A stretch of 64,000 nt of DNA from Amphiscolops sp. MND2022 (Eukaryota). Shown here in pieces: positions 12,736 through 26,500 of the stretch; within the stretch, counting starts at the first letter, position 1, and each line of letters begins with the position of its first letter. Where the stretch lies: NCBI GenBank assembly GCA_964187785.1, contig OZ076415.1:64976001-65040000 (forward strand), written 5' to 3'. Under the pieces are notes generated by a model. It had not been told where the DNA came from. It ran no database searches and worked only from the letters and a program-made list of their open reading frames with translations. Position numbers and translations under genes: made by a program.

Positions 12736-13306
12736 CCCAGGTTTTCAACTTTTGCAAATCTGTGCAGATCTGCAAGATTCTGCAAAGATCGTTGCCCTGA
12801 ATCTTGTGAAGAACCATACAGATCTGCAAAATCTTTACAGAAGTGTGCAGATTTTCTTGAAAGATTTTTGCAGAAACATGAATCTTTCTAAGGAATATTA
12901 TGAAAGAATATGAAAATCAAAAATATGAATTTTTCTAAGGAAATAATATACCGCATTTTTGGACTTCTTCAACTACTTTATCAAGTTTTTTAGCTGACCA
13001 AGGTTCAGTTGAAACTCTCCATCACTCAATCTTCTCGAGAAAGGAAAATTGTCCACATCACAGTAGTTTTGGTGTATTGAGAATGTGCAGTCTGTACAGA
13101 TTGCTGCAGAAAATTTTTCACCATTTTGACATAAATGAGAATTCCCTCCAGTTTGAAACATTTTTATTATTCGTTTGACATCGCTGTGGGGTTTTATTGT
13201 GTTTGTGAGTAGATCTATTTTTCGAATCTGCACATATCTGCAAAGTTCTGCAAAACTCCTGCAGATCTGCATAGATTCGCAAAGATCGAAAACATGGAAA
13301 CATGGG
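12736..13306. mobile_element. CMC-like MITE with GCAGATCTGCA subrepeats
   Basis: CCCA...TGGG termini, inverted subterminal repeat blocks; flanks TA/CA imperfect. Confidence 0.55.
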
Positions 13307-13404
13307 CATTTCAACAATGTGGACATTTTGAGGAGTCCTTAGATCAGATATCAGGTATTTCATTTGCAATAAGTTGCAAAAATAAACTATTAAAAACTAT
13401 AAAT

Positions 13405-13602
13405 AACAAGACGCCCACTGAGGACCGGGTTTTTTCTGCTACAAAATAGTCAAGTAACTATATAAAATAGTCAAGTAGTGGGAGATTGTTGGCAGTCATG
13501 GAGATGAGCAACATGGAGATCGAGGCGATTTGGCAGAATTTGGAAAAAAAACGCAACACAGATCATCATTTTCCTCCCCCATTATATGTGGGCGGAAAAT
13601 AA
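13405..13602 (+). mobile_element. HINE family B copy (opposite orientation to 33016-33224)
   Basis: AACAAGACGCCC...AAAATAGTCAAGTAACTA repeats...GGGCGGAAAATAA; reverse complement of the 33016-33224 structure. Confidence 0.65.
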
Positions 13603-16600
13603 TAAAAATAAACACGGATGTTTTAGCAAATGTTTGTAAAGTTTAGTTGAAGAAACATGTTAAAATGGAACCGAAAATTAATTCACGTTGATTGGAAAAT
13701 TTTATTCAGAGAAATAGTTTTCTTTATCCGAGTTATAAAAAAAATTTATTCAAGTTGTAGAATTAGAGCTCATTGCTTCAAGCAGAAATCACTTGTAGAG
13801 AACGGGTTGCCACTCTACAGCAATTAACAGGTGGTATTTTCAACGGTGGAAACATTGTCGGATTCTAATCCACGAATTTCTCAAGAACACCAACGCCAGT
13901 GGTTATCACTAACGAAATTTTTTCTTTAAACTCAAACAAAAAGATTTTGTCGACTGTCACGTTTGAGAAAAAAATTAATTGGGTGGATTTCAATAATAAC
14001 CCAGTAGCCTTTTCAAATAAAAAGACGATTTATACTCGAGTTAACCCTCCTTTCTTCCTTCTAACCCAGCATGTTGAATGTAGAAATATACAGTACTGTG
14101 ATAAAGAAAACGTCCCCGGGCGATTTTAGGCTCGATTTTCTCGAAATCTGTTGAGAGTTTTGAAAAACATCGGAATTAAAGTTTCTAAGAATTCCATCTA
14201 GTTTATATTAGTGTTTTTAATTTTTTGGGACAAAAATTGAGAAGTTACATATAGCTGATTTAGAGCAAATTTGGGACATTTTTCCAATTTTTAACTGTTT
14301 TATCCACAGTTTTTTTGGCAAGTTTTATGCTCAAATAACCCGCAAAAGTCTTCTGAATCTATGGATATTTTTGATTTCAAAAATTATTAACCGTTTTCAA
14401 AATATCAGGCTCGAGATGTAAAATTTCCTCAATTTACATGTATTAAGATAGGAAATGAACGTTTCACGGCGAAAAACTGCAATTATTTGTTCATTTAGAA
14501 TGTTTTTCAAACAAAAAATAAATCATTGAACTCTATACAATCTGCAGAATTCATTGAATTTAAAATTTTCAGAAAAATATATAAAAAACTTCCAAAACTG
14601 GGAAAATCGCAGAATTGTTCTTTCTGCGCCGGAGATTTCACTTGATGCGCAAATCAGCCTTGAAAGTGAGAGCCAAAAAGCAATTCTAATTGGTTGATAA
14701 CGACGCTCAGCGCATTGGAGGACTATTTTTTAATCACAGTACTGTAGTTCAGTTGTCGTAATATTGTCGAAACTTCAGCCACGATAGTGCCAAGTGTGAT
14801 TGGACGATATATCATATTACAGAAAACAACATGCCACCTTGGAATCAAATCGGGCAGAACGGAACAAAAGCACAGTTATCACTACTATTACTTGAGTATT
14901 TCTCAAACAAATCATTTTCATAGTTTGGATCCAGTTAGATCAATCTGAAGTTAGTTTTCTTCCCAAGGGGCCAATACTACAGAGGTCAATTGAGAAATTG
15001 GAGATAAATGTTATGTTAAACGCTGTAACGGCAAGCATTGGTAATCGCTTGACGCGTTACCTGAGGTGGAAGAACCTGCAGAATGAGTTTATCGCCTGGG
15101 ACAGGTGCCCATCGCCAGAAGTCTATTTTGTCTCCCGAAGGCAGGGGGAGGTCCACTTTCAGCAGAATACTTACCAATCGGTCCTGGTCTTTCTTTGCTA
15201 AGAGTAACGGGCATATTTCTGACATTCTAAGGACCACCGGACAAATAGCTTCTAAAAACTGAGCCAATTATAAGGTAAAAGTCCACGGTGACAGGTAGCC
15301 TAAGATATAAAATGCTAAAAGTCGCCCTCGAGCTAGAAAAGGCAGATACAAACAATGATAATCCATACACTCAGACATCGAAACTGCAAACAACGCAGCT
15401 ACAAGCTAGGGCTCTAAGTACCTAAACAAAGATGTCCAGACAAAAAGTCTCATTCAACTATAGGTAGCATTTTGCTGAAATACATCAAAACCGTAGGTTT
15501 AACACATGTAAAAAGAGTCGTTTAGAGCTTTTTCCAGTTCTCAGCTTCTTTCAGTCTCTCTGTCTCCCGCTATTGCTCGGTCTGCTTTCGTCTTTGTTAT
15601 ACATGCCAAATGGCGGAAACAGCAAAAAGAGCAATCAAATGCCCAATGCCACGTCAAACGTCGGATTAGAATTTTTCAAAAGGTTTCTGCAAAATATTCC
15701 AATCGCATCATTGACTGTATATTAGATGGTAACGTTACAGTGTGGCAAGGTTGCAGAGCTAATATACTGATTTGTATTCAATATTTTGATTTGTATTCAT
15801 TTTTAAAATTTCACACAGGTAGTCTACTGATGCCCACCCGTTTCTCACAGCAAAAAATACGATTTCTGCAACGCTGGTCCAACAGTGGGTCCTAAGTGGA
15901 CGATCGATGGCCACTGATGGATTCAGTTGGTTTCTCAAGCCAGTTGTAATTGGGTTTTGATTACGTCATGCTAAAATGCTGCAAACTCGTTTAAAACAAT
16001 ATTGTCTTAGAGATGTTTTGAAAAACTATCAAAAACAAGTTTTGAATTCAGAAATGACCTGCATTCCATAAACAGCTACTTTGAGACGGCATGCGTCCTG
16101 TTTTGATTGTCACCAAATGCGTCTTGATTCTAACACGTTATGTCTCGGGTAAGTTGAAATTGTCTCGGAACCCCTTAGAAGCTTCATGTGTGAACTTTCG
16201 TGAGTGGAAAACTCTCTCAATTATAATTGCAATCATGTAAAAAGCTGCAGTGTAATTCTACAAGATTTACCACCGGAAGTTCATTGAAGTTTCTAATTTT
16301 CATGGAAAATTATCATGCAAGCAGGCCTGCAGCATGGAGAAATTCCAGAAATCTCGACTATGGATTTCAAACTTTGCATGTTAACAAGTCTTGCGAAAAC
16401 CAAATGGAGTTGGAACATTACCGTATGAGCTTTTCAATCTTGATCTAAAATTAATCAGTTTTTTTAAAAAATAATACTATTCTATGGTATAACCATGAAA
16501 ATAGCGGTTAAATCGTAACATTAACTTTTTGCATCAAAGGTCTTGTCCAATGGAAATCATTTCCTAATTTGAATGACTATTGAGGAACAACCCCCATCTG

Positions 16601-17404
16601 CTAATATTCAGATCTGCAGAGACATTTTAGCTAAGATTATACAGTGACTTTTATCGAACAATCCGAGTTTAAATGCGATAGTGTTTTTGCTAAAAGCGTT
16701 TTCTGTCAGTATACAAAAAACTATGGTGCACCGATGCATCTTTAAAGAAGTTTATCAATAACTCAACAATATAGTGGAAACAAAATAGGGTAATGCTTGA
16801 GCAATTAGGGTATTGGACAATTGTTCGATACTTTAATGGCTCACGCATTCACGTCAGTTTGGTTCTAAAGTTAGGCTGATGGCCATTCAAGGCATTGTAT
16901 CATAATTTAGAGCTTGCTTGAGCCAGTTTTGAAAAACTGGTTAAAAGTTTGTAAGAATTTTTATTACGCAATGTTTTGACAGCATCAACAAGTTGCGTTG
17001 TTTCATTTCATGATTCTACTGATTATTTAAATCAGTTTCACTTTTTCCGAGAAGGGTCAAACTTCTCGGATTATATTTTGGACTTCAGGATTATATAATT
17101 CTGAGACTTCACTCACTTCTAAAGCAAAGTTTGTATTGCAAATACTCGGTGGACACTCAAGAAAAAACAAAAAGGTGTATTTTTCTAGGATTTTTTGGGA
17201 AATGATGACGTTCCTTATTTATCAGAAAACAATTTACTTTTTTCTCCATAAGCGGCAAACGTTATCACTTCCCGAAAGTACAATAAAGGCTTCCTTTAGC
17301 ATAAAAAGAATTATTAAATGAAAATACCTCCGATCATGTTGTCAACCTAAGTAATCTCTCCTTGAAACAGCAGGAACTTTTTACTAGTTTTCGTACATTG
17401 CTAT

Positions 17405-17953
17405 CCCTGGTTGGAACTGCTTGAACTTTTTACATGTTTTTGTAGGTTACCAAGCTAATTTTCCATGAATTTATAAAATTCTCAAAGAAATGTCCATGCA
17501 TTAAATCTTCATTGATTCGATTTAATTTTATCAAGCTGCCTATAAAATGCATCTTAAATTTGGCGGCAAATCTGCGCGGCGACGTTTTGCAGATTTCATA
17601 AAGACGCCGTTCTAATTTTCTAAGCAGCTGAGACCTTATTCAACTTTACTGCGCTTTCAAAGCAAACAAATTTCAGTCACATTATAAGTTTCAAAGTAGC
17701 GTCATATTCAGCGTGATATTTGGATAACGGTGATTACATAAGGTACTTACATGAGAAACTCACGCGTGAAAACAAAGTGATCGCTGCGGCGAAGAAGTGG
17801 AATTGTTTTCAGTTTTAATTCAAATAGTGAAGGCTGCATTGTAATCCTACAAAATGTTTCCATGCACGGTCCCGGACTTTTCCATGTTTTATAAAAAATT
17901 AGCCTGCACGTTTCCATGCAGCATGTAAAAAGTTCAAGCAATCTCGACTAGGG
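17405..17953. mobile_element. CMC/EnSpm-like MITE
   Basis: TIR CCCT(G/A)GT....TGCTTGAACTTTTTACATG, 2-bp TSD AT. Confidence 0.8.
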
Positions 17954-18662
17954 ATGCTAGTTTATTTTCATTTTACAGAACTCTCACGTCACGTCCAAGA
18001 ATTGAAATTTCACTGCAATAAATAACTTTTATCAACCTGCCTCAAAGATGCATCCTGATTTTTGGCGGCAAATCGGAGCCATGAAGTTTTAGACGTGATA
18101 TGCATTAATTCTTTTTTTAAAATGCAGCTGAGACTTTATCAATTTGACATCCACTTTAATGCAAATCAACTTTTAGAGTCTTTTTATAGATATCAAATCG
18201 AATTTTTCATGTTTTGTAAAAAAAATACCCTTGTATCATGCTGCATGAACGCAACAAGAAAAGCTTCCCATCAGATTGAAAATGAAGGCACGGCAGCTCC
18301 TTTGTGAAAATTGGGTTGTTCATTTCTCTGATTCAGATCGAAGTGAAACGTTCAACTTTAAGCGGCGTTCACTCTAATCGTATAGCAATAATCCACACAT
18401 ACACGTCATTTCGTCCAATTTAACTTAAAATTGGACAAACTTACCGGCTATTTCAACCGATTGATATTTCGACTTACTGTAAATCCGAATGATAACTGCA
18501 GTTATGATTTAAAAAATTGGCATTTTAAAAATTGGCAGTTTTAAAATTGGCATATTTGGTTATCGAAAAGTCTGATGATGGAAACAAGCGAAAAATTACA
18601 TAACAAGGCAGTCCACTGAAAATTGTTTAGCCAAGACTAAACAATTTTCAGTGGACTGCCTT

Positions 18663-19455
18663 CCCAGCGATTGAAGACACGCTACGCTTGCCAAGATCAT
18701 GGTTAATCTTGCTAAATCATGGTTAACCATGGTAACCTTGTCAAGACCATGGCTAATCATGATACATGGAACGCTTGTCAAGATCATGGCAAGGTCTTGG
18801 CAAGATAACCATGGTAACACATGTGAGCTGTATAATTGTATAATTTATTCTTTTAAAAAATTTCTTGTCCTCTCCAATTTCTGAACAAGCCGTTGTGATA
18901 ACTTCGGACATAACCTTTATTTATCGAAAAAAGTTTTTTAAACTGAAAAGTATACAACACTTCTCAAAAATTTGCTGCACCTATTGACCGAGTTTTGTTA
19001 AATGAGAGCACGGCATCGTTACTACTATCATAAATTATCATACAAAGCAAATTTCGAATCAAGTTATTGCAACTTGCGGGTTTGCGATAACGATGTGAAA
19101 AGCGACTTTTCTAGCTATGATTTGTTAATCTTGCTAATCCCTCACCTATTGAGGTAACGTGTTGAAATTACTGAAGTTCGAGAATGCAATAGAAACCGGT
19201 GCAATAAAAATAAATAGAATTAGAAAATAAGAGTTACCAAAAAAACGGATTTGCTACCATGGAACCCTTGTCAAGAACATGATTAATCTTGGCATCCTTG
19301 CCAAGATCATGGTAAAACATGGTACGCTTGGCACGATCTTGCATAATCATGGTATCCTTGGCAAGATCTTGGTAAGATCATGGTAAGATCTTGGCAAGGC
19401 TAGCTAGCGATTCACCATGGTTCTTGGCAAGCGTACCATGTCTTCGATCGCTGGG
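18663..19455. mobile_element. CMC/EnSpm-like non-autonomous element
   Basis: TIR CCCAGCGAT(T/C)GAAGACA, 2-bp TSD TT, CTTGCCAAGATCATGG subrepeats; related fragments at ~8150-8270, ~38580-38680 and ~56420-56560. Confidence 0.8.
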
Positions 19456-20367
19456 TTGTTATGTAATTTTTCGAAATTTGTTGTTTCCATCATCAGACTT
19501 TTCGAAAACCAAATATGCCAATTTTAAAACTGATTTCGTCTTTTTATCGTTAGATTCACGCAATTAGTTGGGTTTGGGTCAGTAATAACTATTTTTAAAG
19601 AAAATATACTATTTGTTGTGAGAAATGCGAAAAATGCGAAACGTAGGAGGTGTGAGCAGTTGAAATGACAACATCTGAAACTGCATAAGCTGAAGTTGCT
19701 AAGGACAAGTTGTCCCAACCAACCAACTTACCCCTGCCAACCACCAGTATTGGTTTTGTTAGTTTTCAAGGAGTTCTTCCGAATCGTTCAAAAAAGATCT
19801 TTTGATTTGTTAGGTTTGCGAAAAAAAAGGAGTTTTGTATTTATAAGTTCAACTTTAACTTGCATCACGTGGTAAAGTTTCAGCCAGATAAAATCTTGAG
19901 GGAAAAATTCGAAAAAAATCACCACATTCACAAGGAATGTGCCTGATCCGTTCAAGAGTGATTCATATTAATTCGGAATGCCATTATTTCGACAGTTACT
20001 GATTTGTAAAGGAATGGAAATAGTTGCCTTGCCACTGTGGTACTTGCAAAATAGCCTAAACTAGGTTAAGATGCAACTTAATCACAGTGTGTCCTTGATT
20101 CGAGCGTATTTTAACGACCTTTAACTAACACCAAATCACATGAACTAGGCTATGCTCAAAAAACATTGATTGAAGACAAACTTCAAATATAGACACGGAG
20201 CAATTTCAACATTTTAATGCAGAATTGCATCCTTCTTGTAAATTTTTTAATTACTAATATTCTTTACACATGTTTTTATCTCATTCAGAAGTGGATTTTA
20301 AGTGTTTTGAGTTGATTGCCTCAAAGGTTTGTGAGTATTTGACCTCAGTTTGACCTGGGTCATCAGG

Positions 20368-20521
20368 TCAGTCATCCAGTTGACACAAGAGGGCGACCCC
20401 TCTGTTGACCCAATGGTTGGGGTCTCTTTTAGAGGGCAGGTCAATCATTAGCAGGTAGTTGGTGGAATGACCCGTAGTAGACAGGACTCCCCTTCTTTCT
20501 GTGGTTTTGTACAGGGGGCAG
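20368..20521 (-). CDS. DNAH12: Dynein HC terminal exon (CPLYKT...[11 protein letters not shown])
   Basis: gactcatag| acceptor, phase 2, TGA stop at 20370-20368. Confidence 0.92.
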
Positions 20522-23500
20522 CTATGAGTCACCGACGGGGATGAAAGGTCAAAGGTCAAATTTTCTGCTACCAGGATTACGGATTGACATCGTTTTTGTT
20601 TTATACAAGTAAAATTTAATTCCAAAAAACCAAAAAAAATCATGAGCGTGTGTTTGATTTGAGGTAAAGAAAATTGAACAAAAAGAAGAAAGTTTAGTAT
20701 ATTAATATTCTATAACATTTTATTCTATTTTCTTTTCAAATCAAGCATTTATGTAACCGTGAGCTCCAAAAAGCAATATAATCAAACCCATCGGACAAAA
20801 ACTTGTTAAAATTGCAATTTATTCACCGATTCTTTGTTCGCTGAACTCCGTAAAGAAAAAATTAACTCTGGGATATACTTCAAATAATGAAAAAAACGTC
20901 GTTTTTTATTTCAAAACAACAAATCTTTCGACACATTATATTTCAACATCGTTTCCATCCCTGTACTCCATCTGGTGGGTATTTCCAGAAACTTGTTCAC
21001 GCGGCTCGCCCACTGCGGACTCTTCTTTCTCTGGCGCTGCTCTCACTGGTTTGAGAATGATAGCCGGCATCTTCTGGAACAACACACGGGGAGGAGACTG
21101 GATCAAGGTGCGGCTGAAAAAAAATCGGTGTCAAAGTTCGTGAAGAAATTGACATGTGATACTTTGCTAGAAGCTTATATATACCCGCAGGTTCTTATGA
21201 GTCATCAGTATACCGTAGTCATTATTTTCCTCATTCGACCAGCCATCAAAACATCCAAACTACGGGAAAAGTAGCCTAGCGCCAAAATACTCAAAAGGAG
21301 ACCATTCAAGTTTGCAGAAGAATGTTTAAAAAACATTTTCGAAAATTCAAAAAAAATCTCTAAAACGTTTTGTTGGAAAGAGCTTCAGAAAAAAAAGTCG
21401 CATAGGGGAACCTTTGGTCTTTCTTCCACCTTATTCCATTTAAATTTAATATTCCATTCAAAATTTATAAGAGTGGACGTTTCACAGTGACTGAAGAAAA
21501 AAAGAAGAACCTGTCACTATATGAGTCGTGCACTTTTTTTCGAAAAACTCCGACTAAAAAGACCAGGATAAAAATTTACTCTATGAAAGATGGGGAAAAT
21601 TGTGAAAAACCGCAACGTTAACCCTAAACGACCCAGGCGTTTTTGCAATTTTTTTCAAAAAATTGGATTAAAAAATTTAAATCAATATCTCCACAACTAC
21701 GCGTACCAGAGAAACGAACTATAGCGCGTTTGAAAGGTCTGGTATGGGGCTTTCATTTTGGTCAGGTGAGCCCCTGTCGCCGCGCGCCCCCTCTTTCAGA
21801 ATTTTAGTTTCTTTTTCCGGTACCGCCGCTGCGCGGGGGCTTGTAGTAACAACATAATATTATTGGGATTTGTTGCGTAAGAACTTGATGTGCAAGTGCA
21901 TGGGGTTGGTTTTTGCTAAGGGACAAGATTTTTGAGAAAACTGGATTTCGCCAAAAAGTGAAATTTAGTAAAAAAAAATAACAATTTTCCGTGCAGAAAA
22001 GCTCATTTTTCTCAGTTTTGGAGATATTTTCACTTTTCCTAATGCTTGTGCCATTCAAACCAATCTAGGTACCAAGGAATTGTTGGAAAAAACTGTGCTA
22101 GAGAATATGGGCTACTGGCAAAACGGATTAGAAATTGAAACAATAGGTATCTGACTTTAAAGCACCGGTGGGTCGTTTCGGGTTAACATGGATGTGTTAA
22201 CATACCCATTGTGAACATGACAATCATCGATGTGATGAAATCATAGCTTTTTGATAAGACTAACGCTTTATAGTCCCATGCGCATCCTTCAAGGAACAAG
22301 CCATTGACGTACACAGATCCATTCGACAAAGCTGTGTCGAAACATTCCTGTCCGGTTACTTCAAACTCGAACTGCAACTCGTCGATTGGCAGCTTTTGTT
22401 TGCGTGAAAAGTTCTGCAGACATGCAGTCAGAAAAGCCTGCGTGAAGAAGAAACCCGGAAGCCAGAAAGTGGGCGGAGCTCCTTTCTCCAACCAGTTCTA
22501 GGAAAGATGGCGGACAGTTTTGGACAGGTTGAAAACATTGAAAGGGCAAACATTGAAAGATGGTTGATATTTTTAGTGTTCAAAGTTACGGCGGTTGATA
22601 TCTTGAAAAAGTTGGTTCCATAAAACATTTGAGACTGGCCAAATTTGAACCTTTCCATATTGAGCTAAAATTTGGGTTTCGATAAAAAAAAACGTTTTTA
22701 CAGAGGATCGAACCCGATACTTACAGGTCTACAAGATGCATGAAATTACCTCTTAGACTTCATTCGAAAACTGAAATTGTCATTTATATGTGACATCGAT
22801 AAATAGTAAATGAAATAATCTTTGAGAATCTTTTCGGGAACAATTTCTTGCTTTCAAGGGCTTAACTTCGTCAATACCATTGGTTGATTTTTTTTCGGTT
22901 CCTATAAGTGTACCTGGAAAAAGGTAAGCCTATGTCGCAGATCCAATACATAGCTGGAGAGAGGCTTGAGGGAGAGATATGATTGGCTGTTCCACAGAGA
23001 AGGCACCTTGTTGCTTTTCAAAGAAGTCGAGAGGTCCTCCAGCTCAGAAGTTAGAATGATCAGGCCCCTGGATGCTTTGATCACGTTTTCCAGGCTTCCT
23101 CTGATCAGGGCATTCAAACTAAGAAAGGTACGCTATTGCGGTAATCCAAAAGGCGGCGAATGATGTGAATATTTTTTGAGAAAAGTTTTTTTCATGATTT
23201 CAGACAGTTAAAGTTGAAGTTTCGATTCTTCAAGAAATTTATTTTAATTCTATTGAAGTTTTCAAGCATGAAACGTGCAATATATCCTTGATCAATATTG
23301 CTGTTAAGAAACTAAATCTAGGTTAAAACAAATCGGCTATAGTAGTTTCTATGCAACTGTTTCGCAGTTTCTATCGTAACAAAAAATATCTTGTATCCAA
23401 AGTATAACAACAACTAAGTATCATAGTATAACATGAATAGAGCATTCATTGATTCAAGCGTTTGAGAGTTTGTTTGTCAACAACTCTATTGATGCTCTCT

Positions 23501-26500
23501 TTGTGTTCTTTGTAGAGTGACCTTTGCATGTCACATACCCCCCCTCCATGTGGGTTTGTAGTTGTGGGGTAGTTTGATGTTGGTTCCGTATAATACGGTG
23601 AATTTATGGCTTGTTGTTGGTGTTTAACCGTATATTACGGTCCTCCTCCTCTTCATTGTTTTCCTGTGGTCTGGTCCGGTTTTCCTGTAACAAATCAAGG
23701 TTAGATTTAATTCTTTTTCTATTATTATTTGTTTGATATGGGATACCGCCTAATTTTTTGGTTTGTTTTGCAAAAGGGAGTCTTCTCGATCTTCTAATGG
23801 GTGTTTTCGGTTTAGTTGTTATATGGTCGTGGTTTATACCTGTTTCCGGCGTAAGTCTTGTTTCTTTGGAGTGGATCTGTAGTTCGTCGTTGACGTTAGT
23901 ATGGATGGGTTCGCCGTCACTGTTGGTATAACAGTTGAACTCGTCGTCGGAGACGATGCCTAAATTTTGATCCGTCATGATGCCGGCGTTTTTCTGTGGC
24001 GAGGTGAAATGCCCTTTCTCGTTTCTGGGCTGTTCGTTTCTCCGGAGCCAGTCCTCGCTACTCTCGTGGTTGCATGGTTTTGACGGTTCCTTCCTTCTGC
24101 ACATACAAGTTGTGGAAGAGTCCGTTGTTTTCGAGCAGGACGGCTGTTCCATGGTCGCTTGTCGGGTACTTATCCGCTTCGTCGGTGTTGTCGCGTCCTG
24201 CAACGGTAATGGATTTGATATCAGTTTTCTATGTATTGCCTTATTTTTTTCGGTTGTAACTGTGTGTTTTGTACCCGAGAGGGCTGTTTGTATCTGGTTT
24301 TTGAATTTTCTGCCAAGGGTGTTTTTTGTAAGCTTTTTTATAGAAGGAGAAGGGATAATTGTTCGTACTAACCGAGTTTAGCGGTTTTCTTGTCTGTGAG
24401 AAAGTCATTCCTCGTCTGTACTTCGGTTCGTTGACCTTCTTTTTGGACATTACCAAGTGGTCGATAATATCGACCGTAGAACTCCGGGTTATTTATACGG
24501 ACAAGTCTTTTGAGTCGGCTGAAATAGCATTTTTTAGATTAGTAAGTTTCGTTCTGGATTTTCATCCAAAATGAAGCTCGAAGTGTGTTTTTTGTATTTC
24601 TGAAAGGATGGTAAATCTGAGCACATGTAGTGCTTTATCCAGGCTATCGCGGAGAATCATTCCGTCTTCCAAATTTGCTTTTAGTAGATTCTTTAAGGAT
24701 TGGATGGTTCTCTCAGCCAATCTTGTGCCGGTAGGCAGATTTGCTGTACCGTTTTTACGGATAATGTTATTCTCGTTACAGTATTTGCTAAATTCTTTTG
24801 ATATGAATGCACTGCCTCTATCGGTTTTGATTGACTTTGGGACTCCGTTAATATTTGTGTATTCTTGTAAAAATGTTGTTACGGTTTCGTGGTTAGTATT
24901 TTTACAAATTTTTGCAACCGTTTTAATGTGCGAGACACGGTTGGGAAGATAGTTCTCCCTTGATATTATTGAAGTCGGGGTTTCGCTCTTCTGTCTATTC
25001 CCATTTGGTTCCTTTTTTCAGTAATTGTCTCAAGTTTTCTGTTTTCTCGGATAGGTTCGGTATAAATTTTGCCAAACATTGGATTGCCCCCAGGAGAGAT
25101 TTTAGAGATTTTGTGTTTGTAGGGGGGTTTAATTTTGTTTATTGCTTCCGTTTTTTCTTTGTTTGGTCTAATTCCATCTTGGGCGATGATGTGTCCTAGC
25201 CATACTGTTTCTTTTAGATAGAACTTTGATATTTTCTTACTTGCTTTGTAGCCTTCGTTTTCTAATTTTGTGAGTACCGATTCCAATCTTTCGGTGTGTT
25301 CTTCTTTTGTGCCACGTGTGACAATTATGATGTCGTCTATCCATACAGGTGTTTCGTGTCCGAGTGTACGGTCTATTTTCTCTTGAAATATTGTGGGTAT
25401 GTCTGCCGGGCAGTAAAATCCATTTCGGAATCGGTACTATCCGTTAATCTTCTCCCCTTAGTTGCAAAGTTGCAATGTTTGCTTGTTTCAGGTGCCAATT
25501 TCATTTGACCGTATGCGTAGTCTAGGTCTACTACGGACATCCAGATTGGATCGGTGTCGTTTTTTGATAATTCCGCGGATATTTGGTTGAGTAGTTCGTC
25601 AATGTTCGGCATGTGCGGTCTTTTTTTATACAGCTTTCATTTAGTTTTCTGGCGTCTGGTGCGATTTCGACGGATTTGTCCTTTTTTACCCTAATTACCA
25701 CGGCTAACACGAAACAATCTTCTTCGATAGTTTCTAATCTCTCCAGATGTCCGGCTTCTAATAATCTGTTCAATTCGTATTTTACGTCTTCTTGTAGGTG
25801 GTAGGGTATTGGTAGTGCTTTTTGTTGTATGGGATAGCAACAGGGTTTTACTTGTATTTTGACTTCGGCGTTCTTTATTGTGTGGTTGGTGGTGAAGAGT
25901 TTGTTATACTTCTTGTATAAGTTTTCTGATTGGTTGGTGCTGCTGTCCACTGAGATTTTTTTTACTGTTATTGGCAGTTGTTTTTACGAGTTTATTCCCA
26001 GTAACGGTGTGATATCGTCTCTTTTGGTGATCAGCATTGCTAATTTGGTTGATGTTTTGCTGTATTCTACGGTTACTCATGTTTTTCTCATGAATTTGAC
26101 TTCATTTTTGTTCACATCTTGGTATCTTTCTTTCATTGGTTTGGTTTCTTTAATGTCGTGTATCCTCTGGTCGTATGGCATGATGGTAACCGGAAACCGG
26201 TATCGATGATGAAGTTTTGTTTTTCCCCGTTTATTTTTATTTCGACACCGTAATGGTTTTTGTTGTCGGGTAATATCTTGTTTATTTGTCTTATTTGGCG
26301 GATTTCTTCGGGTTCACTTTCTTCTTCCTCGGAGCTCGCATCCACGTAGTTGATTCTTCTTTGATCAATTTTGTTTCGTTTGCTGCGGCATACTCGTGCG
26401 AAGTGGCCTAGTTTCTGACAATTATTGCATTTCGCAGTTTTTGCCGGGCATATATGTTGAGGGCTCTAATTTTGTTGTCCGCAGAGTCCGCAGTTTTTTT

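Noticed and set aside
15167-15175. ATACTTACC resembling the U1 snRNA 5' end
   Set aside because: The following sequence has no U1 stem-loops or Sm site; it is just the complement of a donor-like GGTAAGTAT.
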